A DNA stretch of 27,169 bases from Pseudomonadota bacterium (GCA_041178825.1 JBEGUP010000001.1:1-27169); one strand, 5' to 3'. Positions 15,691 to 25,714 are shown, counted from the stretch's first letter. Translations and numbers: made by a program. Notes: a model not told the origin generated them from the letters alone.

Positions 15691-16681
15691 TCACCCAAGC
15701 TCCGGTTTTTTCTGAGGCAAACAAGGCATCAATGACCTTCATATTCAAAATCGCGTCTTCAACGCCATAGGGCAAACTAATTTCGCCGCGTACGACTTTT
15801 GAAAACGCATCACCCTGCAAGCCATACATATTGCAAGCTGGCATGTTGTGCTTTTGCATAGACGAGCCGTTCAAAGTACTGCCATCATCCACAAAATAAT
15901 CAGTTTCACCACCCAACGGTGCATTGAACGGAATTTGAACTTCAATACGCTTTTTAGTTCCCACAACTTGCACGCGCTGGTGTGGTACTGATTGCGTTGA
16001 AACGGTGAAATCTAAACGTTTGCCATCGCCAAAATCAAGCAAAGCGCTGACGGTGCGATCCACTTTGAAGTCTGGATCGCGGTCAACCAAGGCGATCACG
16101 CGTTTGGGTTCAGCATCAAACAAAAACCGCCCAATCACAATCGGGTAGCAGCCGATATCGTACAGCGCACCGCCGCCGATTTCATACTTGTTGCGGATGT
16201 TGTTGGTGTCGCGATTGAAATACGAAAAGAACGCTTGCACGGTTCGCACATCACCCAATTCACCACTGCGCACACGTTCGCGCACTTGTAGCCACTGCGG
16301 GTGAAAGCGCACCATGAAAGCTTCCATGATATGCACTTTGTCCGCCACTTCACGCAGCTGCGCTGCTTCGTTGGCATTGATGGCAAACGGCTTTTCGCAC
16401 AAAACGTGTTTACCAGCACGAGCTGCCTGCAGCGTTAACGGTACGTGCAGATCGTTCGGCAAAGGGTTGTAAATGGCTTCAATCTCACGGTCAGCCAACA
16501 AGGCCTCATACGAACCATAAGCCTTAGGAATGCCCAGCTTAGCTGCCCATTCATCTGCTTTGCCAGGCGCACGCGAGGCGATGGCTCGCACATCGCAAAA
16601 CTCGCTTTGCTGCATAGCAGGGATAACTTTTTCCCAACCAATTTTGGCGGTACTAAGAATACCCCATACTACTTTTTTCAT
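15683..16681 (-). CDS. Gfo/Idh/MocA-family oxidoreductase (possible sugar dehydrogenase)
   Basis: WGILSTAKI, YNPLPNDLH, KHVLCEKP, EAFMVRFHP, GGGALYDIGCY. Confidence 0.92.
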   Translation of the reverse strand: MKKVVWGILSTAKIGWEKVIPAMQQSEFCDVRAIASRAPGKADEWAAKLGIPKAYGSYEALLADREIEAIYNPLPNDLHVPLTLQAARAGKHVLCEKPFAINANEAAQLREVADKVHIMEAFMVRFHPQWLQVRERVRSGELGDVRTVQAFFSYFNRDTNNIRNKYEIGGGALYDIGCYPIVIGRFLFDAEPKRVIALVDRDPDFKVDRTVSALLDFGDGKRLDFTVSTQSVPHQRVQVVGTKKRIEVQIPFNAPLGGETDYFVDDGSTLNGSSMQKHNMPACNMYGLQGDAFSKVVRGEISLPYGVEDAILNMKVIDALFASEKTGAWVNV

Positions 16682-16729
16682 AGCTATAGACCCAATAAAT
16701 ACGAGAACTACGTACCAATTTAATCAATA
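16667..16729 (+). repeat. ~63-bp element, copy E (overlaps the Gfo start codon and RBS region)
   Basis: tacTACTTTTTTCATAGCtatagACCCAATAAATACGagaact; 28/40 ungapped identity to copy A. Confidence 0.7.
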
Positions 16730-16753
16730 AATTTAAATGTTTTAAAAATGCAT

Positions 16754-18070
16754 TTAAATGAACGAATTCAACAAGTTTTCTAGGTTTTCTTGACGACCAG
16801 AAACTGGGCGCGTATCAGTGTTGCTCTGCAACACACGTGCCGCCACCGCATCCAAGCTTAACTTGCCTGCCATGACGTCACCACCAAAGCTTGACTTCCA
16901 GCCCGCATAACGGTCTTGACGTGCTTTCTCAAAGCGACCATCTTGAATCATTTTTTCGGCAATCAACAAAGCACGCGCTGTCACGTCCATGCCACCAATG
17001 TGGCCATAAAACATGTCTTCAGGTTCAATCGATTGACGACGCACTTTGCTGTCAAAGTTCACACCACCGGTGGTAAAACCACCTGCTTGCAGGATTTGAT
17101 ACATCACCAAGGCGGTTTCTGGAATGCTATTTGGGAACTGGTCTGTGTCCCATTGGCACTGCATGTCGCCACGGTTCATATCAATAGAGCCAAAAAGTCC
17201 CATGTCAATGGAAGTTGCAATTTCATGCTCAAAGCTGTGTCCAGCCAATGTGGCGTGGTTGGCTTCGATGTTGACTTTGACTTCTTTCTCCAAACCATGT
17301 TTGAGCAAGAAGCCGTACACAGTAGCAACGTCAAAATCATACTGGTGCTTGGTCGGTTCACGTGGTTTTGGTTCAAGCAAAATCGCACCTTTGAAGCCGA
17401 TTTTGTGTTTGTAGTCCACAACCATATTCAAGAATCGACCCATTTGGTCAAGCTCTTGCCCCATTTGCGTGTTTAACAGAGTTTCATACCCTTCGCGGCC
17501 GCCCCACAACACATAGTTTTCACCACCAAGCTTGAGCGTTGCATCCATTGCTTCTTTGACTTGTAGCGCACCGAGTGCAAAGATCTCTGGATCAGGATTG
17601 GTTGAAGCGCCAGACATAAAGCGGCGGTGGCTGAACAAGTTAGCCGTGCCCCACAAAAGCTTCATGCCCGTTTCTTGCTGCTTAGCGGCCAACACATCAA
17701 CCATCGCGTGCAGATTGTTGACACTGTCACGCGGGGTTGCGCCTTCTGGTGCAACGTCGCGGTCATGGAAGCAATAGTAAGGTGCACCTAGTTTTTGAAA
17801 AAATTCAAACGCAGCGTCTGCTTTGGCTTTCGCCGCAGTCATGGGGTCTGCAATGTGCTGCCAAGGGCGCTCAAATGTGCCGTCGTAGCCAAACGGGTCA
17901 AAACCGTTCCAGCAATAGCTGTGCCAGTAGCAAACAGCAAAACGCAAATGGTCTTCCATGCGTTTACCCAAAACCATGCGGTCTTTGTCATACCATTTGA
18001 AGGCGAGAGGATTTTTAGATTCAGCGCCCTCAAATTTGATGGGGGCGACAGCGTTGAAATACGAGCTCAT
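16754..18070 (-). CDS. xylA: Xylose isomerase (class II)
   Basis: [62 protein letters not shown]. Confidence 0.98.
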   Translation of the reverse strand: MSSYFNAVAPIKFEGAESKNPLAFKWYDKDRMVLGKRMEDHLRFAVCYWHSYCWNGFDPFGYDGTFERPWQHIADPMTAAKAKADAAFEFFQKLGAPYYCFHDRDVAPEGATPRDSVNNLHAMVDVLAAKQQETGMKLLWGTANLFSHRRFMSGASTNPDPEIFALGALQVKEAMDATLKLGGENYVLWGGREGYETLLNTQMGQELDQMGRFLNMVVDYKHKIGFKGAILLEPKPREPTKHQYDFDVATVYGFLLKHGLEKEVKVNIEANHATLAGHSFEHEIATSIDMGLFGSIDMNRGDMQCQWDTDQFPNSIPETALVMYQILQAGGFTTGGVNFDSKVRRQSIEPEDMFYGHIGGMDVTARALLIAEKMIQDGRFEKARQDRYAGWKSSFGGDVMAGKLSLDAVAARVLQSNTDTRPVSGRQENLENLLNSFI

Positions 18071-18155
18071 GTCATGTCCTTGATAGGTAGTTGTTGTTGA
18101 GTAGAGTTTTTTGTAGTCTCAGAGAACAGTTTTCTGTTTCTTTTTATAAATTATT

Positions 18156-19619
18156 TTATTGTTGAATAGATTTCAAAGCGGGATAGATGGCACGAAAGCG
18201 TGCGTACCTTGGCGCTAAAATTTTCAATTCTTCGGCATCTGGTTTGTAGATTTTTGATATTTTTGGCGTCAAACATACATCAGCCATAGCAGCTCCGGTT
18301 GCTAACCAAGCCAATCGCGCAGCACCCAATGCACCGCCAGCGGCAGATTCTTCATGTGTGACGATGTTGATATTCAACAAAGTAGCCAATTGCTGCGCCC
18401 ACAAGGCACTGCGCGCACCACCGCCCACCAACGAAAGTTGTTTAACTTCACAGCCTGCAGCTTGCAAGGCACGCATGCCATCAGCAAGGCCGAAGCTGAC
18501 GCCTTCAATCACAGCATATGAAAGCGCCGCAGCATCCGTGTCATTACTAAGTTCATGAAAACTACCACGCGTCACCGCATCGTTGTGCGGCGTGCGTTCA
18601 CCGCTTAAATACGGCAAGAACAGTGGCGCGCTTGCTCGTTGTGCAGCGTTTAATCCACTGGCTTGTGCTTCTAATACTGCTTCAGAGCTTGCACCCAAAA
18701 GCTTAGTCACCCACTGCAAGCAACTTGCGGCCGACAGCATCACACTCATTTGATGCCAACGGTCTGGCACTGCATGGCAAAAAGCGTGGGTTGCGCTGGC
18801 AGCATTTGGTTGGTATGTCGGGGTGACGACAAACAACACACCACTTGTACCCAAGGACAAGAATCCTTGCCCTGCATTAACAGCACCCATACCCACTGCG
18901 CTGGAAGCATTGTCACCCGCACCGCCTGCAACAACGATACCTGATTGCAAACCCGATGTTAAAGCGGCTTGCGATGTTAAGTTACCACTTGGTGAGCTGC
19001 CCTCAACCAAACGCGGCATCTGCATTTCTGTCAAATCTGTGAGCTTGAGTAAATCCTGAGACCACGCACGTTTTTCAACGTCCAACCACATGCTGCCGCT
19101 GGCATCAGACATGTCGCACACATGCTCGCCTGTTAGCATGAAACGGATGTAATCTTTAGGCAGAATGATTTTGGCAATCTTTGAGAATACATCTGGCTCA
19201 TACTTCGCCAACCAGCGCAGCTTCGGCGCTGTAAAACCCGGCATAGCCAAACTGCCAGCAATTTGCGGCAGCAGGGGTAGTTCAGTCATCATGTCTTCAC
19301 ATTCTTTGGCAGAGCGAGTATCGTTCCACAAAATTGCCGGTCGTAAAACCTGGTTACTGGCATCCAGCAGCACAGCCCCATGCATCTGCCCAGATAAACC
19401 AATGGCTTGCACCTGCGAGTACTGTGCAGGAAACTTGCTCTTTAACTGCGCCAAGGCTGTTAGCGTAGCCGTCCACCATGCGGCAGGGTCTTGTTCGCTG
19501 TGACCTGCATGCGGCCTGGAAATCTCCAATGACGAACCAGTTACACCAACCACTTGATGCTTGCTATCTAGCAGCAAGACCTTAACTTCTGACGTACCAA
19601 CGTCAATGCCTAAATACAT
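18156..19619 (-). CDS. xylB: Xylulokinase
   Basis: YLGIDVGTS, GLSGQMHG, AILWND, GGAGDNA, SLGTSG, PYLSGERTP; adjacent to xylA. Confidence 0.96.
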   Translation of the reverse strand: MYLGIDVGTSEVKVLLLDSKHQVVGVTGSSLEISRPHAGHSEQDPAAWWTATLTALAQLKSKFPAQYSQVQAIGLSGQMHGAVLLDASNQVLRPAILWNDTRSAKECEDMMTELPLLPQIAGSLAMPGFTAPKLRWLAKYEPDVFSKIAKIILPKDYIRFMLTGEHVCDMSDASGSMWLDVEKRAWSQDLLKLTDLTEMQMPRLVEGSSPSGNLTSQAALTSGLQSGIVVAGGAGDNASSAVGMGAVNAGQGFLSLGTSGVLFVVTPTYQPNAASATHAFCHAVPDRWHQMSVMLSAASCLQWVTKLLGASSEAVLEAQASGLNAAQRASAPLFLPYLSGERTPHNDAVTRGSFHELSNDTDAAALSYAVIEGVSFGLADGMRALQAAGCEVKQLSLVGGGARSALWAQQLATLLNINIVTHEESAAGGALGAARLAWLATGAAMADVCLTPKISKIYKPDAEELKILAPRYARFRAIYPALKSIQQ

Positions 19620-20894
19620 TCAAAGCTCCTGAATTTGAGAGGGTGAGTTGTGCCGTTTATGGGGCTTTTGCGAGCTTGAAGGGGTCATAAAACGAGTAAC
19701 TACTGGTTTGACATACACTGCAGCACTGATATCTTCAACAGCAAGTTTGTCAGCTATAGCTTCAGCTGTTTGTTGTGTCGCTTTTCCAACCGGCATGGGC
19801 CGTAAAAACCGATGCCACACAAGAGCGGCAGAGCCGACAGCTGCTGCCAATAAACCATATTTTGCAGCACGCACTTTGGTGACCGGCATATCAGCTAATT
19901 TTGAGTAATTAGCCAAGGTTGCAACCGCTTTGGTTATCATTTCTGGATTATTGACGCATGATTGCCCGCCCAAAACAATGGTGCGCGGATTGAACATGAC
20001 ATCTAAATTTTGAATCAGTACGCCCAGATACTTTCCAGCTAAGTCTGTATTTTTAGCAGACTTCAGCGCACGCGAACCTATAAAAGTCTCAGCACAACCT
20101 TGCCGACCGCAAGAGCAAAGTGGGCCGTCAATTTGCAATGTGGTATGCCCAATTTCGCCTGCCATGCCGATAGCACCAACAAACAACCTATCATTCAAAA
20201 TAATGCCAGCACCAACACCCACATCGCAACTCACAAAAATCAAAGGATCCTCGCCCTCTTGGGTCGAAAATTCATACTCGCTTAGCGCAGCAGCGTCAGC
20301 ATCGTTTTGAAGATGTATGGGCACTTGAGGGACACCAATGCGAAAAAATGCATCAGATATCATGCTCAAGAAGGGAACTTCACGCCATGCCAAGTTAGGT
20401 GCAAATCTAACAATACCAGCATCTTCATTGATAGCGCCGGGCAAGCAAACACCGACACCTGAAAGCAGTAATTTTTTTGCCGCAAGTACTTGGCATTGCT
20501 CAAACACCAATTGAGCAGTTTGTTGGCACACACGTTCGGGCAAATTAGAAGCCAGAGGCACTTGCGCATGTGATACAACCGCGCCCGTAAGCGTGACGCT
20601 CACGACGCGCAGGCATTCGACTGCAATTTCAACCCCCATTAACACGCGTGTTTCAGCATCTAACTGCAACGGTGTTGAAGGTCGCCCCATGCCTTCAACA
20701 GCCACGGGAGCGCAGGCCTCTGTCATCCACTTTTCAGCCAATAACTCGCGCACTAAAGCGCTAACGGTTGATTTTGTCAACCCACTTTTACGAGATAAGT
20801 CAGCCCGGGACAGACCAGACTCTGAACGCATCAAGCGCAGCAGAACACTACGGTTGATACGTTTGAGAAGTTGCTGATCGCCCGTGGTTTTCAT
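19620..20894 (-). CDS. ROK-family transcriptional regulator (XylR-like)
   Basis: N-terminal HTH ([18 protein letters not shown]), [34 protein letters not shown]. Confidence 0.93.
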   Translation of the reverse strand: MKTTGDQQLLKRINRSVLLRLMRSESGLSRADLSRKSGLTKSTVSALVRELLAEKWMTEACAPVAVEGMGRPSTPLQLDAETRVLMGVEIAVECLRVVSVTLTGAVVSHAQVPLASNLPERVCQQTAQLVFEQCQVLAAKKLLLSGVGVCLPGAINEDAGIVRFAPNLAWREVPFLSMISDAFFRIGVPQVPIHLQNDADAAALSEYEFSTQEGEDPLIFVSCDVGVGAGIILNDRLFVGAIGMAGEIGHTTLQIDGPLCSCGRQGCAETFIGSRALKSAKNTDLAGKYLGVLIQNLDVMFNPRTIVLGGQSCVNNPEMITKAVATLANYSKLADMPVTKVRAAKYGLLAAAVGSAALVWHRFLRPMPVGKATQQTAEAIADKLAVEDISAAVYVKPVVTRFMTPSSSQKPHKRHNSPSQIQEL

Positions 20895-20906
20895 AAAACA
20901 ACTGAT

Positions 20907-21692
20907 TTACCGAGCTGGCCTGTCAGTTTGCGGTTTACCGACTGGTTGTTTACCAGAAATGATCATCCCCAACACTTCGTCCTCAGTCACATCAGCCGTT
21001 TTATACATACCGAGTGATTTACCATTCTTCATAACAACCAAGCGGTCGCTCAATGCAAACACATCGTGCATGTCATGGCTGATCAAGAAAATACCAACAC
21101 CTTCTGCTTTAAGCTGGCGCACCAAGTTGCCAACCATTGCGGTCTCCTCAGGGCCAAGTGCTGCTGTAGGCTCGTCCATGATCAAAATACGTGCGTTGAA
21201 ATAAATTGCGCGAGAAATCGCCACCACTTGACGCTGTCCACCTGACAAGCGACGAACCGGAATACGCACATTAGTGAAGTTTTTATTCAAACGATGAAAT
21301 ACTTTACGAGCATCCGCATCCATGCGATGGTCATCTAGTGTGCGCCATTTGGTCAACAACTCACGTCCTAAAAACAAATTAGCAACTGAATCCAAGTTGT
21401 CTGCCAAAGCCAAGGTTTGATAAATCGACTCAATACCCAAATTCTGTGCATCAGCGGGTGAACGCACATGAACTTTTTCACCAGAAATAACGACATCGCC
21501 GCTATCAATGGGGTAGGCACCCGCCAACATTTTCATGAGCGTTGATTTACCTGCTCCGTTGTGCCCCAAGACCGCAACGACTTCACCGGGATAGAGGGTC
21601 ATGCTGACATCGTCAACCGCATGAACGCCACCAAACGATTTTTTGATGTTGCGCAGCTCTACTAAACATTTTGAAGTATCTACGCCGCTCAT
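20907..21692 (-). CDS. xylG: Xylose ABC transporter ATPase (single ABC domain)
   Basis: [22 protein letters not shown]. Start set at 21692 (AGGAGA SD, ATGA overlap with the xylH stop). Confidence 0.9.
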   Translation of the reverse strand: MSGVDTSKCLVELRNIKKSFGGVHAVDDVSMTLYPGEVVAVLGHNGAGKSTLMKMLAGAYPIDSGDVVISGEKVHVRSPADAQNLGIESIYQTLALADNLDSVANLFLGRELLTKWRTLDDHRMDADARKVFHRLNKNFTNVRIPVRRLSGGQRQVVAISRAIYFNARILIMDEPTAALGPEETAMVGNLVRQLKAEGVGIFLISHDMHDVFALSDRLVVMKNGKSLGMYKTADVTEDEVLGMIISGKQPVGKPQTDRPAR

Positions 21693-22879
21693 ACTGTGTC
21701 TCCTGTCCACTTACGGTAAGCCACGTCAAAAACGACGGCAGCAATCAAAACCTGACCAATGATGATGTATCGCGTACCGATAGAAACATCTAACAACAGC
21801 ATGCCGCTATCGATACATTGCATGATTAATGCACCCAGGACTGAGCCGATGATCGTTCCACTACCCCCCGCTAAGGCTGTTCCACCAATCACAGTTGCAG
21901 CAATAACCAATAGCTCCAAGTTATTTCCCAATGAATTGGTACCGGCATTCAATCGTGATATAGATACGATGGCAGCAATAGTGATCAATATCGCTAATAA
22001 CAAGAACATCAGCATAGTTACGCGCTTGACAGGGATACCAACCAGCTCAGCGGCATCTGGGTTACCACCGATTGCAAAAACGTAGCGACCAAAACGTGTG
22101 CGGTGCACCAAAAATGACACAAACAATGCAACGGCTGCCCAAATCAACACCGGAATCGGAATACCTTGCGCTTCTGGTTTATTGGGAATGTGGTAAGCAT
22201 TCATCACTGCAACAAATGCCATGATGATGATGACAGGCACCAATACAATCAATGAATCCGTTAGAAGCGAATTTGTCGGAACGCCATATGCTTTTTTAGC
22301 ATTTCGCTTGCTCAACATGCTGTAAACTAAAGCCAAACACATCAAGCCACCTATCACCCAGCTTGCTTTGGTGCCAATACCGCCGTTGTAACCGCCACCA
22401 AGCTTGAGAAAAAACTCATCAGCTAGTGGCTGCGTTTTTCCATCAGCCACCAAATACGCGGCACCTCGGAACGACATCAATCCGCCCAAAGTAACCACAA
22501 ATGTGGGTACACCAATGTATGCGGTCAAAGCGCCTTGGTACATCGACACTGCTAGAGCAGCTGCGAGACCAGCCAAACACGCTGCTGGCCAAGTCCAGTT
22601 GGCCGTGTACATCAAAAACGCAATCAAAACACCCACAAAACCCATGACTGAGCCGACAGATAAATCTATATGCCGCGCAACGATAATGAGCACCATGATG
22701 GTGGCCAAAATACCAACCACAGCTGTTTGCTGGGCGATGTTGTACAAGTTTTCAGGCGACAAGAAAATGCCATCTGAGAAAAAATTAAAAACAAGTGCGA
22801 CCACTATCAACACTCCCGACATCAACACCATGCGCCAGTCAATCTGGGCACGTTTGATAGATTGAATTGCATCATTCAT
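21689..22879 (-). CDS. xylH: Xylose ABC transporter permease
   Basis: [46 protein letters not shown]. Confidence 0.93.
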   Translation of the reverse strand: MNDAIQSIKRAQIDWRMVLMSGVLIVVALVFNFFSDGIFLSPENLYNIAQQTAVVGILATIMVLIIVARHIDLSVGSVMGFVGVLIAFLMYTANWTWPAACLAGLAAALAVSMYQGALTAYIGVPTFVVTLGGLMSFRGAAYLVADGKTQPLADEFFLKLGGGYNGGIGTKASWVIGGLMCLALVYSMLSKRNAKKAYGVPTNSLLTDSLIVLVPVIIIMAFVAVMNAYHIPNKPEAQGIPIPVLIWAAVALFVSFLVHRTRFGRYVFAIGGNPDAAELVGIPVKRVTMLMFLLLAILITIAAIVSISRLNAGTNSLGNNLELLVIAATVIGGTALAGGSGTIIGSVLGALIMQCIDSGMLLLDVSIGTRYIIIGQVLIAAVVFDVAYRKWTGDTV

Positions 22880-22962
22880 ATCGCGCTCCTACCTACAAAA
22901 TACAAAAAACAAATAACTAAAACTAACTTTTTTTGCTTAATTTTCATAAGCCACAAACGACA

Positions 22963-22983
22963 CCGCGGGCGCTAGGCCCGCGG
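22963..22983. other. GC-rich hairpin between xylF and xylH
   Basis: CCGCGGGC-GCTAG-GCCCGCGG, perfect 8-bp stem with no long U-tract. Confidence 0.7.
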
Positions 22984-23012
22984 CGTGAACCTACTTCAGC
23001 TAACCGAATGGT

Positions 23013-24032
23013 TTATTTACAAACAGCAACTTTCGCGCCGTCGATACCTTTGCACAAAGCATCTTTCTTGATGTAACCGGCTTTCAAAACAACATCCAAG
23101 TTGTCTTTAGTCACTGGGATTGGCTTCAAAAAGATAGACTTCATAGTCATCTTCTTAGGGCCACCTGCCCAGTCAGCAGCACCAGTTACAGCCTTGCCAG
23201 CGCCCAACTCAACAGCAGCTTTCGCTGCAGCTGTGCCGAGGTCAGCAGAGTTTTTCCAGACTGACACAGTTTGTGTACCAGCTGCAACACGGTTCAAAGC
23301 AGCGTGGTCGCCGTCTTGACCAGACACTGGAATACCTTGCAAGCCCTTAGCTGTCAAAGCAGCCACTACACCGCCGGCCATGCCGTCGTTTTGTGCCACA
23401 ACAGCGTCAACCTTGTTGGCGTTCTTAGTCAGGATCTGCTCCATGTTTTTCTGAGCATTTTGTGGATTCCAGCCAGATGTGAACTCTTCGCCAACAATCT
23501 TCACGTCACCCTTTTTGATAGCGTCAGCCAACACTTCAGCTTGGCCTTCGCGCAAGAACGCAGCATTGTTATCACCTGGGTCGCCCTTGATGATGGCGTA
23601 GTTGCCTTTTGGCTTGGCCTTCAAGATTTCACGAGCAGTCATACGGCCCACTTCTTTGTTGTCAAAAGTGATGTAAGTTGTGCCTGCTGCTTCAAACAAA
23701 CGGTCATACGCGATGACTGGAATTTTTTGCTGTGCAGCTTTGTTGACCGCTGGCAAGATAGCGTCTTTGTCTTTTGCCAAGATGATCAAGACTTTTGCGC
23801 CTTTGGTGATCAAACCGTCGATGTCAGCCAATTGCTTTTCAGCAGAAGCGCCAGCGTCAGAATAGATGTATTTCGCGCCTGATTTTGCCAATTCAGCCTT
23901 GATAGCTGCTTCGTCAGTCTTCCAACGCTCTTCTTGGTAAGCGTCAAAGCTCACGCCGACAACCAATTGTGCGAAAGATGAACCAGCTGCCATGGCCAAA
24001 GCCAAAGCGGTCAGAGTACGTTTAAATTGCAT
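23013..24032 (-). CDS. xylF: Xylose ABC transporter periplasmic binding protein
   Basis: QEERWKTD, VIAYDRL, FDNKEVG, KGDPGDNNA, QNDGMA, SGQDGD, QTVSVWK. Confidence 0.95.
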   Translation of the reverse strand: MQFKRTLTALALAMAAGSSFAQLVVGVSFDAYQEERWKTDEAAIKAELAKSGAKYIYSDAGASAEKQLADIDGLITKGAKVLIILAKDKDAILPAVNKAAQQKIPVIAYDRLFEAAGTTYITFDNKEVGRMTAREILKAKPKGNYAIIKGDPGDNNAAFLREGQAEVLADAIKKGDVKIVGEEFTSGWNPQNAQKNMEQILTKNANKVDAVVAQNDGMAGGVVAALTAKGLQGIPVSGQDGDHAALNRVAAGTQTVSVWKNSADLGTAAAKAAVELGAGKAVTGAADWAGGPKKMTMKSIFLKPIPVTKDNLDVVLKAGYIKKDALCKGIDGAKVAVCK

Positions 24033-24069
24033 TCTTTATCTCCAGTTAATAAACCCCGAGGGGCGTTAA

Positions 24070-24177
24070 GTTTTAGCTAAAACCTGCCGCTTTCAACAAC
24101 TAAAGCTATTTAGTTCAGCAAGAAAACGAAGTATCCACTTATTTTCGCGAAAGTTTATTAGGGGAAACGCTAGTTTC
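24070..24177. promoter_or_regulatory. Cluster of palindromes in the xylF/Stealth divergent promoter region
   Basis: GTTTTAGCTAAAAC (24070-24083), AACTAAA-GCTA-TTTAGTT (24098-24115), TTTCGCGAAA (24143-24152), GAAAC-GCTA-GTTTC (24164-24177). Confidence 0.5.
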
Positions 24178-24211
24178 GATATGGTTACTTAAAAGAATTT
24201 ATAGTCGATGT

Positions 24212-25189
24212 ATGTTTATCCATGAAAAAATTGATATCGTTTACTTATGGGTAGATGGCAATGACCCTGTTTGGCGGAAAAAAAGGGCAAGTTCCTTGGG
24301 GCAATTGAATGCCTACAACCGAAACAGCATCGCTAAATACGGCAATGTGGAAGGCCGATTTCGGGACAACGACGAACTGCGCTACAGTTTGCGCGCGCTG
24401 GAACGCTACTTCCCCGATTGCGGCCATGTTTACATCGTCACCGATGCGCAAAGGCCTGCCTGGCTGCAAAATTCAACGCAAATTTCTATCATTGACCATA
24501 AAGAACTGATCCCGGCTAGCAAACTACCGACCTTTGACTCCGCCAACATTGAGTCCTACATTCACCGCATCCCCAACTTGTCAGAGCAGTATTTTTACCT
24601 CAACGACGATGTTTTCTTCGGCTCTCCCGTTGATTTAAGCCATTGGTTTAGCAAAGATGGCATTTGTGTGGGATGGTCAGACGATTTACCGGTAAGCAAT
24701 CAAGGTTTACAACCCGACGCCACCGCACTAGAAAATGCCTGCCGTTTGTCGATTCAGTGGTTGAGAACGCATGAAAATTCGAATTTCAGCCCTTTCAAAC
24801 ACACTTACCGCACCTTTGCCCATGCGCCTAGGCCCATGTTGAAATCAATGCTGATTGCGCTAGAAACTGAAGCTCCCGATTTGTTTGAATCCGTACGCTC
24901 AACCGTATTTCGCGCCTGGGACAAACCCACTATCGTCTCTGATTTTGTACTGCGCTGGGCGTTGGCTAACGGCAAGGCCACTTTGAGAGACTACGCACAT
25001 GTCTACTTGTCCACGGGTGATGTAGAAAATGCAGCGCAACTGAACAGCTTGATAGCAGCAGACGGCCTGCTTGATTTCTTTTGCATCAACGACACCACTG
25101 ACGATGCAGACGATCTAGACCCACGATTGGCGATGGTGCAGGGAACACTGCAAACCATGTTTCCAAAAGTCTCTCGTTTTGAGAGTTAA
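24212..25189 (+). CDS. Stealth-family hexose-1-phosphate transferase
   Basis: CR1 IDIVYLWVDGND; CR2 RFRDNDELRYSLR...PTFDSANIE...YLNDDVFF; CR3 HAPRPMLKS; CR4 FFCIND. Confidence 0.93.
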   Translation: MFIHEKIDIVYLWVDGNDPVWRKKRASSLGQLNAYNRNSIAKYGNVEGRFRDNDELRYSLRALERYFPDCGHVYIVTDAQRPAWLQNSTQISIIDHKELIPASKLPTFDSANIESYIHRIPNLSEQYFYLNDDVFFGSPVDLSHWFSKDGICVGWSDDLPVSNQGLQPDATALENACRLSIQWLRTHENSNFSPFKHTYRTFAHAPRPMLKSMLIALETEAPDLFESVRSTVFRAWDKPTIVSDFVLRWALANGKATLRDYAHVYLSTGDVENAAQLNSLIAADGLLDFFCINDTTDDADDLDPRLAMVQGTLQTMFPKVSRFES

Positions 25190-25205
25190 ATTTCTTAAAA
25201 AATGC

Positions 25206-25682
25206 TCAAATCACGCCTACGATGAGTGCCGCGCAAGCCACAAAAGTCAAGCGCAGCCGTAACGGCAAATACCATTTGGGCATACTCACCGATTTAACCA
25301 ATCGCTTGTCTTGCCAAAAGTGAATCAAAAATCCCGCTACCAACAACAAGCAAGCATGCTTAGGTGAAATAGCATATTTAACTAAAAGTGCGATCCAGGC
25401 CACCAATGCTGGCACTACGCTCCACACAAAACAATGGGTACGTTGCTGCTCAGACATATCGCTTTGGCTCATTGCAAAGCCCCAGTGCAGCGCGCCCACA
25501 AAGCTCAAAATTACCGCGCCATAAACCAAAAGTGCATCACCCCACAAGATGCTGCGGCTGCTGTCAACCCACACTGCAGCAGCCAAAGTCAAAAATGGCA
25601 ACAAGCCCCCATAGCCCAACCATTTCACGATTGGCGGGATAATTGTTTTGAAAGTATCAACAGGGTTGGATAATTTAGTCAT
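25206..25682 (-). CDS. DUF3429-family membrane protein
   Basis: WLGYGGLLPF, YGAVILSFVGALHWGFA, WSVVPALVAW, WYLPLRLRLT. Confidence 0.85.
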   Translation of the reverse strand: MTKLSNPVDTFKTIIPPIVKWLGYGGLLPFLTLAAAVWVDSSRSILWGDALLVYGAVILSFVGALHWGFAMSQSDMSEQQRTHCFVWSVVPALVAWIALLVKYAISPKHACLLLVAGFLIHFWQDKRLVKSVSMPKWYLPLRLRLTFVACAALIVGVI

Positions 25683-25714
25683 CTAATAATAGTTACCAAA
25701 AAAAGAGGTCTGCA

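Noticed and set aside
19690-19745. ROK tail segment [12 protein letters not shown] resembling the repeat peptide
   Set aside because: Requires a gap, has no palindrome, and DNA identity is weak.
23271-23882. 203-aa antisense ORF, and similar long antisense ORFs over soxB, soxD, VHPO, xylA and xylH
   Set aside because: Shadow frames of well-supported genes with no recognisable motifs.
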